Under the pieces are notes generated by a model, which had not been told where the DNA came from, ran no database searches, and saw nothing but the letters and a program-made list of their open reading frames with translations. A program made the translations under genes and the position numbers. Positions 17,064 to 25,647 of a stretch of DNA of 27,101 nucleotides are shown piece after piece. The stretch covers positions 1-27,101 of the forward strand of contig CAXYYW010000001.1 in NCBI GenBank assembly GCA_964293235.1. Direction: 5' to 3'. How positions within the stretch are numbered: position 1 is the stretch's first letter; each line of letters begins with the position of its first letter. The DNA comes from an uncultured bacterium. Its GTDB lineage: Bacteria; Patescibacteriota; Saccharimonadia; Saccharimonadales; Saccharimonadaceae.

Positions 17064-17771
17064 TTACTCTTCAATCGTCGTTTGGCTCACCACGGTACCA
17101 CCATCGAGCTCGTCGGCAAGCCAAATGCCAGCTTTTAGCATACGCTCCAGCTGGCTGAGTGACGGATGCGAAGAGAGGAAATACACGTAGAGCACATCGT
17201 CATGCCACTCGAAGTCGAACGACGAGAAGTGATGCGCTATGACGGCTGCGCGTTCATGTGTCAGTAGGACGGGTAACTCAAGTGTAGCGGCGGCAGAGAG
17301 CCGGACGACATATTTATTTGGAAACAACGGGTCGTAATCTGAGAGAAAATTGAGGGGCAATTCACTGAACTCACGCTTTTTCATGGCAAGTGATTCATAG
17401 AATCCGCGTTCATGACGTGAACGACCCTCTATGTAGACTGGCGGCAGGTGCACAGACTCTTTAAGATCTAGCGCAAGGATATTCCATGTATAATTTTCCC
17501 GCTTTTTATAGGTTGACGAGTGGATGGTATCAGACCGCTGCAAAAATATCAGGTCACGGCCATACGCTGTGCCGACAAGATAGTGCGAGTCGCGCTGCGT
17601 ATTCGACACGGTAATGCCTTTAACGAGTCTCGACTCATCGTCACGGCCAACTGAACCGAAATACACGAGATCATAACGCTCAGCAAAGCGCCGCGTCACA
17701 GCCGAGCTACGAATAAAATTGCGTAGCTGCTGCAATGTTAGTGCTTTCAATAGCCGTTTCGATCGTTTCAC
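17064..17771 (-). CDS. Hypothetical protein (235 aa), last gene of the glucan operon
   Basis: GTG start overlaps the GH15 stop (GTGA); ends at the terminator. No family recognised. Confidence 0.75.
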   Translation of the reverse strand: MKRSKRLLKALTLQQLRNFIRSSAVTRRFAERYDLVYFGSVGRDDESRLVKGITVSNTQRDSHYLVGTAYGRDLIFLQRSDTIHSSTYKKRENYTWNILALDLKESVHLPPVYIEGRSRHERGFYESLAMKKREFSELPLNFLSDYDPLFPNKYVVRLSAAATLELPVLLTHERAAVIAHHFSSFDFEWHDDVLYVYFLSSHPSLSQLERMLKAGIWLADELDGGTVVSQTTIEE

Positions 17772-19696
17772 TTGCCACCCTTCGTTTGAGTATAGTCAAT
17801 CATAGCACTAATCAGCTCAGCCTGGCTCCAAACCAGAGGTGAAAGTGACGTCACTGTGTTTGTTTCGGGATTGACTTGCTCTGGGAGCATACCGGCGGGG
17901 CTCTGAAGTGCGAGTACCGCATCTAACGTCGCCTTTGCCGCTGCTACTTCATCACGCTCAAGCGCAATTTCTGCCATCCAGAGCGAAACGATAGGCCAAT
18001 TGTTTGGTTTTGAGGCATCACCGTAGTAGTTGTCACCTTCAAAACGTGGACACAGGGGCCCGTCACCAAATGTCGTCCTTAGGGTTGCAAGCGACGCCTC
18101 AATCTCTTCGCTTTCAAGCTCAAATAACCCATACATAAACGCGCCATAGAGGCTTGAAACATCAAAGGTGGTATCGAACTGCTTCGTACCATCTGCAGCG
18201 CGTTGGAAGCCCTTGTAGAAATACCGCCGTGAACTGTCATAGAAACAGCTACTTGCGCTTTGCATGGCCTCCGCGGCGGCACGCCAGCGCACGCCATCGG
18301 CGCTTCGACCATAGACATCGGCCAACTCACTCGCTTCAATCAGCGCAGCATAGGTTATAGCTGTTGTATAGGTATGTGTCAGGTAACTATGCTCCCATAA
18401 ATCATATGACGGAAGCGGTAAACCCTCATCTTCTGTATAGCCAGCGAGGAAGTTTGCCGTAGGCTCAACCAGCGATTCATAGTACCGCGCAATAAATGAC
18501 TGGTCCGCTACCTGTCGGTAGTATTGTCCCAGCAAGAATAACACGGCCGCTGTTTCATCTGCCTGTATGGGTGGTCGCACCGAGTTATCAGGGTGAAGGT
18601 AGGGGAGCCATGTCGAGCCGAGCGATCCGTCAGCGCGGTATTTGTGCGATACATATCCATCGTCTTGCAACCCCCTGACGGCAAAGTCAAAGAAATTGAT
18701 AAGTTCGGACGTATAACCAAGCCTGAGGAGCGGCCATAGTGTGTACATAGCGTCACGTGGCCAACAAAAGTTATATGCGTCATCTTGCGGATGATTTCTG
18801 AGGCTACTGTCAAGGCTCGCCATAACTGCACCACGCGCGTCAATATGTGCTGCTATAACAAGTAGCGACTCGTCGACTGCCGCACGGTAGCGTTCATCGA
18901 GCTGAGATGACATCCGAGCTTTGCTTACCCATTTCTTCCAGTGAACAGCCGTCCGCGCCAAATAGTGCATGGCTCCGTTGTCAATATACTCGCCAAACAG
19001 CTCCTCAGCTCCGTACACCGTCTCCGATGCCACCAGAACATATGACGCAAGTACCGAATCATAGGCGCCCACACTCAGCTTCAGCCCCATGACAGAATCG
19101 ACCCGACCATTCTCGACCATGTTCTTTGCGAGAGTACCGTCTTCGGCATCCATAAACGTCCCGGTCCCGTTCGACGAGTCATACGTGCCAATACTATAAT
19201 CGTCAAAATCAACACCGTAAGACTCGAGGCCCACCATAAAGACACGGTTTCCTTTGTAGTGCATGATGGCCGGGATATCCGGTCGGTACTGCGCCGTATC
19301 ACTTGAGGCAGAATCACCAATCATAAACGCCTGATGACAATACAGCGTTACCTCACGCGCATCGTCACGTGTATTTATGACGTGAATACTCCGAATAAAC
19401 ATCGTCGTCGCTTGATCAATAGCATCAGTTAGCTCAACACGAAGCCCAAGAGAATCATTCGTTGCAATTGTATGGCCAACCATTGTCGTGTCATGATACC
19501 GCGCTGTTACACTCCATTCGCCGCTGTCAAGCCATGACAAATGTCCATCGGTATAGATTCCAATTTTGTGCGGCAACCCGTGGGGGGGAAGGTGGTTCTC
19601 CAGACCGACATACGGATAGTACAGGTCATGAACGAGCCCGAACTCATTGAGCCCAACGTGCATGTGACCATTGCCAAAAACAAGTGATTTAGCCAT
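17768..19696 (-). CDS. GH15 glucoamylase-like glycoside hydrolase
   Basis: GAVMAS, YNFCWPRD, QADETA, YDLWE (general acid), LPEQV (general base), PLVWSQA. Confidence 0.9.
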   Translation of the reverse strand: MAKSLVFGNGHMHVGLNEFGLVHDLYYPYVGLENHLPPHGLPHKIGIYTDGHLSWLDSGEWSVTARYHDTTMVGHTIATNDSLGLRVELTDAIDQATTMFIRSIHVINTRDDAREVTLYCHQAFMIGDSASSDTAQYRPDIPAIMHYKGNRVFMVGLESYGVDFDDYSIGTYDSSNGTGTFMDAEDGTLAKNMVENGRVDSVMGLKLSVGAYDSVLASYVLVASETVYGAEELFGEYIDNGAMHYLARTAVHWKKWVSKARMSSQLDERYRAAVDESLLVIAAHIDARGAVMASLDSSLRNHPQDDAYNFCWPRDAMYTLWPLLRLGYTSELINFFDFAVRGLQDDGYVSHKYRADGSLGSTWLPYLHPDNSVRPPIQADETAAVLFLLGQYYRQVADQSFIARYYESLVEPTANFLAGYTEDEGLPLPSYDLWEHSYLTHTYTTAITYAALIEASELADVYGRSADGVRWRAAAEAMQSASSCFYDSSRRYFYKGFQRAADGTKQFDTTFDVSSLYGAFMYGLFELESEEIEASLATLRTTFGDGPLCPRFEGDNYYGDASKPNNWPIVSLWMAEIALERDEVAAAKATLDAVLALQSPAGMLPEQVNPETNTVTSLSPLVWSQAELISAMIDYTQTKGGK

Positions 19697-20906
19697 TGTC
19701 AGGGATCCTCTGCTCGCCGTGTTCGAAGACGCGATAGCGAATATCGCGAATTGCGTTCAGGTAGCAGAGAAAGCCGTCGTATGGCGAGCTATACGGGCTA
19801 AAGTAGGCATGAACATTCCCATCATCGAACCATTTCGTAGATAAATAATAGAGGTGGTCCGATGTTTGCAACAGACGCCAGTCATGAATCAGCTCATCGT
19901 CGCCAGTCCTTAGAACGCTATCTTCAAGGTTATACAGGGCATTGGCCGCTTCTTGCTGCATGGCGTTGCCGACCCAGGCGGACAAGTCGCGCTCGTTATC
20001 GGCCCACGTAACAGTGCCGGGCATATCCACCGCGTCATGTATACGATGTGTCGCAAGTGCCTCGGAGAACGTTGCGGCGCGATTACCCGCGGCACACCAT
20101 GAATGGAAGAACTCTTCTATAAAGTCAAATATGCCCGTATCGGCCCACTGATGCTCGCCGAAGGTCTCAAAGTCCATGAACAAATTTATGAGCTTTTCTT
20201 CCTCAGGCAGCGCGTCAATCCACGCTTTGTACTTCTCGGCAGTCAGTGGCCACTCGGCCCATTGACGGTTTGAGAAACGGAACGCCAGGTCATCACTCAG
20301 ACGGTAATCCTTCAAGAATAGCGCTGTTTTGGTCGCATCCATGGGTGAATAGAGGTAGTGAGAGCTACGCCAGTTTAGAACCGGATCCCAGCCCTCTGTT
20401 AGAACGGCTGCATAACCTGCCTCTTCGGCCCAGCGGCCAAGATCGTTGTTATAGGCCAGCTCAGTATTGCGAAATACCGTCGGCTTAACAGCGAAATGCC
20501 GCTCAAGAGCTTCCTCATGCATCTTAACCTGTTTTTCAAACTCAAATTTACTGTAGAAAAAGGCCAGGCTGTGAAAGTATGTTTCCGCTGCAAGTTCAAC
20601 TCTCCCTGTTGCAACGAGTTCCTTGATGTCACTAAGGAGTGCCTGGTCGTACTCTTCACACTGCTCAAGGAATACGCCTGACAGGCTAAGGTTGACCGAA
20701 AAATTCGGAACATCGGTGATAAGGCGCTTCAAAAGCGCGATCATGGGTCGGTAGGATTTGTGTGCAACCTTATTAAATATCGCTTGATTATCGGTTCTGT
20801 CTTCATACGAGGCAAAGTAATCATGCCTCTCACCAATATCAAAAACAGTGTACGGCCGAATACGCTTTGGCTGATGCATTTGCAGGTAGAAAACAACGTC
20901 ACGCAT
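19689..20906 (-). CDS. GH57 alpha-amylase/amylopullulanase-type enzyme
   Basis: MHQP, ETYFHSL, FRNTEL (nucleophile), FMDFETFGEH, QTSDHLYY. Start taken at ATG 20906 (ATGCGTGA overlap with the GT4 stop). Confidence 0.92.
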   Translation of the reverse strand: MRDVVFYLQMHQPKRIRPYTVFDIGERHDYFASYEDRTDNQAIFNKVAHKSYRPMIALLKRLITDVPNFSVNLSLSGVFLEQCEEYDQALLSDIKELVATGRVELAAETYFHSLAFFYSKFEFEKQVKMHEEALERHFAVKPTVFRNTELAYNNDLGRWAEEAGYAAVLTEGWDPVLNWRSSHYLYSPMDATKTALFLKDYRLSDDLAFRFSNRQWAEWPLTAEKYKAWIDALPEEEKLINLFMDFETFGEHQWADTGIFDFIEEFFHSWCAAGNRAATFSEALATHRIHDAVDMPGTVTWADNERDLSAWVGNAMQQEAANALYNLEDSVLRTGDDELIHDWRLLQTSDHLYYLSTKWFDDGNVHAYFSPYSSPYDGFLCYLNAIRDIRYRVFEHGEQRIPDNG

Positions 20907-22086
20907 GCACACCACTCCGTGCCATTCCGTGGTATACATTCAGGCAGCGTTCGGCCACTTGCTGCCATGATAGCTTCTCGAGCTGACTGGTTGCATTTGT
21001 GACCATGGCCTCCTGCAACCCCTTGGAAGAGGCGACATTGACGATAATGTCGGCCAGACGGTCGGTATCCCAGTAATCGTACTTTAGCGAATGCGTCAAA
21101 ACTTCGGCCACACCGGACTGATGTGTCATAACGACAGGCGTTCCGTGCGCGGCGGCTTCAAGGGCGGTAATGCCAAACGGCTCCGAGATAGAGCTCATCA
21201 CAAATACATCGGCCATTTCGTACAATTGCCGCCAGGCAGCTCCGCGAACAAAGCCTGTGAATATAACTTGGTCTGCTATACCGAGCTCAGATGCTCGAGC
21301 TATAAGCTCATCACGCTGCTCACCACTCCCAGCGACAACAAAGGCAAGACGGTTATAGCGATAGTAGGCTTTTGAAGCTGCTTCAAGGAATTGCATAAGG
21401 CCTTTTTGGAGCGTCAGGCGACCAACCGCCGCGACAACAGATGTCCCTTCTTGTTTCAACATGTCGATATATCGATAGGAGACACGGTCCGCAGGGGAAA
21501 GCTCATCAAGAGAGTAACTGTTATGCACAACGTCAATCTTTTCAGCAGGAATATGGTACGTCTGGACAATAAGACGCTTCGTGTAATCGCTGACTGCAAT
21601 AATCCTATCAGCCATAAGGAGGCCATGCTGCTCGACTTCGTGAATAAACGGGTTACCATACCCGCCACCGGAACGGTCAAATTCAGTGGCGTGAACATGT
21701 GCTATGAGCGGTACGCCACTTATCATCTTCGCGTGGACACCAGCATCGAGCGTTAGCCAGTCATGCGCATGTATGAGGTGCGGCTTTTCATGTGTCTTCA
21801 AATAATGCTCGACGAACTGCTTGTAGTCACTCTGAATTGTTTTGATCGAGCTCACGTCTTTATTCTCATAGCTCAGTTTATAAACATCTTTATGATTTTC
21901 TTCTGTCGGCGTGACTGGAAGAACATTCATAAAATCAAAGCCGCTGTGCGGCTCTGTGGTCGAAGGGAGTACGAAATCAATCTGGACGCCATACGACGCC
22001 AATGCCTTCGAGAGCTGATAGCAGGCAACGCCAAGGCCGCCGCTATTGTGTGGAGGCAGCTCCCACCCTAGCATCAAAATCTTCAA
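20899..22086 (-). CDS. GT4 family glycosyltransferase (glycogen-synthase-like)
   Basis: MKILMLGWELPPHNSGGLG, HAHDW, HVHATEFDR, GRLTLQKG, EPFGITALEA; TTG start. Confidence 0.92.
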   Translation of the reverse strand: MKILMLGWELPPHNSGGLGVACYQLSKALASYGVQIDFVLPSTTEPHSGFDFMNVLPVTPTEENHKDVYKLSYENKDVSSIKTIQSDYKQFVEHYLKTHEKPHLIHAHDWLTLDAGVHAKMISGVPLIAHVHATEFDRSGGGYGNPFIHEVEQHGLLMADRIIAVSDYTKRLIVQTYHIPAEKIDVVHNSYSLDELSPADRVSYRYIDMLKQEGTSVVAAVGRLTLQKGLMQFLEAASKAYYRYNRLAFVVAGSGEQRDELIARASELGIADQVIFTGFVRGAAWRQLYEMADVFVMSSISEPFGITALEAAAHGTPVVMTHQSGVAEVLTHSLKYDYWDTDRLADIIVNVASSKGLQEAMVTNATSQLEKLSWQQVAERCLNVYHGMARSGVHA

Positions 22087-22152
22087 CTGCTCTACCTTCC
22101 AGAATTACTTGTTTATATTGGTTACGCTTACAGTATAGCCGCCTCAAGGACT

Positions 22153-23379
22153 CTATGCAACTCTTGAAGAGTTGTTGTTTTTCTGACATAACTCACATGT
22201 AAACTCTTCGATTTCGCGCTCGCTCAGCCATAAATTTAAAGCGGGGCCAAATGGCAAAATATCCTGATATCCAACGAAGTCCGCGACCTTACGTACCACT
22301 GCAGCCGCAAGCCCCGCAAAACGTAGCGGGCCACGCTCGAGCACGGCCCACTGATGCCCCACGGGCACAACCGAAAAGGGGAGTGTCGGCATATATACCT
22401 TCGGTGTTTTTTTCGCCTGGCGCGCCGCAATGACACGCGCCACGTACTTCCCCTCAGAAATAGCAGTCTGCGCCAGCCCGGCGTATTTGGTCGCGGCATT
22501 GTCGCCTATAACAAAAATATCAGGCCGCGCTTCGAGATATTCATTTACCACGACAATTCCACGCTCGTTCAGGCGAAATACATCGCTATTTCTTGCATAA
22601 AACGGATGATTACTCACTCCGGACGTCCAGACGACCGTTTCTGTCGGGATGGTACGCTCGCCGGCGACAAGTGTCTCGTCATTGAGCCGCTTTACCGTCG
22701 TCCCGAGCAATACGTGAACTCCTAGAGCTTGCAACCGCTTGAGAGCTGCTGCCGATGACTGCTGGCTCATCCGCGGCAAAACACGAGGTGCAGCCTCTAT
22801 GAGCGTAATGTTAACCCTGTGCTGTTTCAGACCGTGCCACGCGCCTATTCTGAGCAAATAATCTTTGAGTGAGGCCGCAAGCTCAACGCCGGTCGGGCCC
22901 GCACCAACCACGACATAGTGTTTGTCGAAGTGTTTTGTCGTCACGAGCTCATTATGCAAGTGACGTCGAAACGCTCGTATGCCCTCTGGCGACTTAATGC
23001 TCCAGCTTCGTTCTTTCAAGCCACCTATACCAAAGTAGTTCGTGACAACACCAAGTGCAAAGATAACCGAGTCGTACTGGTATTGTCCCTTTTTCCCAAC
23101 AACCAACTTACGGGAAGCATCGAGACCAACGACCGCATCATGTATGAGCGTAACTCTAAGATTCTCAAAAATCTTCGACAGTGGAATGGAGGATATTTCG
23201 CGAGATGCGCCAGTTGCGGTCGCGTAGAGCAAAGGGTAGTACACAAGTGTGTCTTTATCTGAGACAAGCGTAACGCGTACCCGTGGGTTCTTCGCAAGCT
23301 CCCGGGCAGCGCTCACACCACCGAAACCGCCACCGACAACGACCACATTAAAATATTGGCCTTTTCTCGCTCTCGTCAT
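22153..23379 (-). CDS. ndh: Type II NADH dehydrogenase (NDH-2)-like FAD-dependent oxidoreductase
   Basis: Two Rossmann motifs VVVVGGGFGG and VVVGAGPTGVELA, plus FALG, VVWTSG and IFVIGD. Start taken at ATG 23379 (TATTAT 6 nt upstream). Confidence 0.85.
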   Translation of the reverse strand: MTRARKGQYFNVVVVGGGFGGVSAARELAKNPRVRVTLVSDKDTLVYYPLLYATATGASREISSIPLSKIFENLRVTLIHDAVVGLDASRKLVVGKKGQYQYDSVIFALGVVTNYFGIGGLKERSWSIKSPEGIRAFRRHLHNELVTTKHFDKHYVVVGAGPTGVELAASLKDYLLRIGAWHGLKQHRVNITLIEAAPRVLPRMSQQSSAAALKRLQALGVHVLLGTTVKRLNDETLVAGERTIPTETVVWTSGVSNHPFYARNSDVFRLNERGIVVVNEYLEARPDIFVIGDNAATKYAGLAQTAISEGKYVARVIAARQAKKTPKVYMPTLPFSVVPVGHQWAVLERGPLRFAGLAAAVVRKVADFVGYQDILPFGPALNLWLSEREIEEFTCELCQKNNNSSRVA

Positions 23380-23421
23380 AGGGCTATAATACACCACATA
23401 ACCGTAAGGGGGATAGGGCAC
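23380..23421. promoter_or_regulatory. 42-bp divergent promoter region ndh / cydA
   Basis: Plus-strand TATAAT (23385-23390) and a purine-rich AAGGGGGA before the cydA ATG; an overlapping minus-strand TATTAT lies 6 nt before the ndh ATG. Confidence 0.6.
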
Positions 23422-24741
23422 ATGCAGGACGCAGCAACGCGCGTACTCATAGGAGACTCACTCGGGTTTCACATATTTTTCGTCATGATAGGCATTGGCC
23501 TTCCGCTCCTCATTGCCATCTTTGAATTCATTGCCCTGAAACGCCAAGACAAACAACTCTACGAGCACATTCGCCGCTGGACAGTCGCTGCTGCGGTGTT
23601 CGTTGTCGCCGGTATCGTCTCGGGAACCCTCATAGCGGTCCAGCTCGCGCTCATCTGGCCACAGTGGATGGCATTTACGAGTAAAGTCGTCGGCCCGGCA
23701 TTTATGTTTGAGGGCTACTTCTTTCTCATTGAGGCTGCATTTCTCTCGTGGTACGTGCTCAGTTGGGGCAAGATAACCGGCTTCAAACACTGGCTTATTG
23801 GCCTCGGCGTTGTTGTTGGGTCACTCGGTTCCGCCGTGGTTATTACGCTCGTTAACTCATGGATGAATGAGCCGACCGGATTCACGCTCGTCAACGGAGA
23901 ACCGACAAACGTTAATATTCAGGCCGCGCTCTTTACCTCAACAGGGTTCGTGACGGTTTTTCACTCGATACTCTCATACATTACAACCGTGTCTCTCGTC
24001 GTGGCGGGTTTGTATGGTGTAGGCTATGTCCGCTCGAAAACTGCGTCTAAAAAGGAGGCTTTTCAGTTTATTGCGCTACGGCTGGCCGTCGTTGGCCTTG
24101 TCTTCGGTGCGGCAACAGCGATATTTGGTGATATGACAGCAAAAAATCTCTTGGTCAAAAATCCTCAAAAGCTCGCAGCCTACGAGCTCCAAATGAAGAC
24201 TGAGTCTGGAGCTCCATATAGAATAGGGGGTGTCTACGATGAATCAACAGGCACCGTAAAAGGCGACATAGAGGTTCCGTACCTGCTCAGCTTCCTTGCA
24301 ACCGGCAATCCAAATGGCACAGTTGAGGGGCTTGACGCGACGAGCAAATCAGATTGGCCACCGCTCGTTACACATTTGCTGTTCGATATCAAAATGGCAA
24401 CCGCTATCATGACGCTCATCATACCGCTCGCGCTCCTTGTACTCTACCTCAAATCCATACGACATAAATTTGGCTGGCTCCGTGGCTTCATGTGGCGGAT
24501 ACTGCCACTTGCTGGCATTACGGCGTTTATTACCGTCGAGCTTGGCTGGATTATGGCGGAACTTGGACGCCAGCCCTATGCCATACAGGGGATTATGCTC
24601 ACGGAAAATTCGTATACGGACGACCCAAGCGTTATAGCCTTTGGCTATCTGTTCCCAATTGCTTTCGTTATGCTACTCATAGCAACGTTCGCTGCACTTC
24701 CCATAGCACTCAAGCATTTCAACAAGAAGGGAGCGTACTAG
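23422..24741 (+). CDS. cydA: Cytochrome bd ubiquinol oxidase subunit I (short Q-loop type)
   Basis: SLGFHIFF (His19 equivalent), FEG...LIE (E99/E107 equivalents), NSWMNEP, FHSIL (His186 equivalent), QKLAAYE (K252/E257 equivalents), ELGWIMAELGRQPY. Start taken at ATG 23422. Confidence 0.95.
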   Translation: MQDAATRVLIGDSLGFHIFFVMIGIGLPLLIAIFEFIALKRQDKQLYEHIRRWTVAAAVFVVAGIVSGTLIAVQLALIWPQWMAFTSKVVGPAFMFEGYFFLIEAAFLSWYVLSWGKITGFKHWLIGLGVVVGSLGSAVVITLVNSWMNEPTGFTLVNGEPTNVNIQAALFTSTGFVTVFHSILSYITTVSLVVAGLYGVGYVRSKTASKKEAFQFIALRLAVVGLVFGAATAIFGDMTAKNLLVKNPQKLAAYELQMKTESGAPYRIGGVYDESTGTVKGDIEVPYLLSFLATGNPNGTVEGLDATSKSDWPPLVTHLLFDIKMATAIMTLIIPLALLVLYLKSIRHKFGWLRGFMWRILPLAGITAFITVELGWIMAELGRQPYAIQGIMLTENSYTDDPSVIAFGYLFPIAFVMLLIATFAALPIALKHFNKKGAY

Positions 24742-24742
24742 T

Positions 24743-25261
24743 ATGGTCGTCACGCTATATTCGCTACTTCTTATACTTGTTCTCTTGTACGCAGCAGGGT
24801 TCTTGTACGAAACGATCATGAGCTTTATGCGCCTCAACACGACGAAAAAGGAAGTATACCCGAAGGCAAGTTGGGAAATCATCCATACGACTCTCGTTGT
24901 AGCCTTCGCAACGTTTATGATTACTCACGGTCCAATGCTTCCAGAGCTTGCACCGCTCATTATGGTACCGTTTATGATTGCCCTCCTTGGCTTTTTCCTT
25001 CGTGCGACGTTCCAAGTACTGATATTCTTCGGAAGGGAAGACCCAAGAAAACACAACTGGCTCGACTGGGGCTTCGCATTAAGCCACCTTGTTATACTCG
25101 CACCATTCCTCTATGGAGTTAGCGCGACAGTTATCTACCTCGCGACACATCCTCTAAATGTGCTCACGGGCATGTTTGCATGGTTTATCCCAGGGCTTGT
25201 TGTTTGTATCGGCATCGTCCTTGCGCCGGTCGTGTATGTATTCGCCAAGCAACGTCGCTAG
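24743..25261 (+). CDS. cydB: Half-length cytochrome bd subunit II-like protein (172 aa, about 5 TM)
   Basis: Begins 1 nt after the cydA stop. WEIIHTTLVVAFATF...P...MVPFMIALLGFFLRATF follows the CydB N-terminal pattern (WE/D..xxLV...FP...L...RG.AF). Confidence 0.65.
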   Translation: MVVTLYSLLLILVLLYAAGFLYETIMSFMRLNTTKKEVYPKASWEIIHTTLVVAFATFMITHGPMLPELAPLIMVPFMIALLGFFLRATFQVLIFFGREDPRKHNWLDWGFALSHLVILAPFLYGVSATVIYLATHPLNVLTGMFAWFIPGLVVCIGIVLAPVVYVFAKQRR

Positions 25262-25287
25262 GGCGCGACATATGGTATCCTTAGCAT

Positions 25288-25611
25288 ATGGGAAAAGATG
25301 TGTCTAAGCCAGAATTTCTTATAGCACAACGCGAGTTTCAAGCCGCAATGGCCGTCGCACTTGTTGTCCTGTCGGGCGGTGCTGTGTTTTATCACTTCGT
25401 AGAAGGATTTTCCTGGCTTGATGCCTTTTATTTCTGCACTATAACTCTCACGACCGTTGGCTATGGCGATTTCTCGCCCCATACTTACGCTGGCAAGTTA
25501 TTCACTATTTTCTACATCCTCATAGGCATTGGTATCATCGCGACGTTTGCGAACCTACTCCTGAGAAACGCCGCGACCAAACGCCGCTTACGACGCTCTC
25601 GGGGAGACTAA
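25288..25611 (+). CDS. Minimal two-TM potassium channel (KcsA/Ion_trans_2-like)
   Basis: WLDAFYFCTITLTTVGYGDFSP contains the TTVGYGD selectivity filter; no RCK domain. Confidence 0.92.
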   Translation: MGKDVSKPEFLIAQREFQAAMAVALVVLSGGAVFYHFVEGFSWLDAFYFCTITLTTVGYGDFSPHTYAGKLFTIFYILIGIGIIATFANLLLRNAATKRRLRRSRGD

Positions 25612-25647
25612 ACGTCACATTGAGCTTGTGCTAGACTAGGTACTGTT

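Noticed and set aside
23356-23421. Overlapping N-terminal extensions of cydA and ndh in the ORF track
   Set aside because: Homology starts at ATG 23422 and ATG 23379; the intervening 42 bp contain promoter-like motifs.
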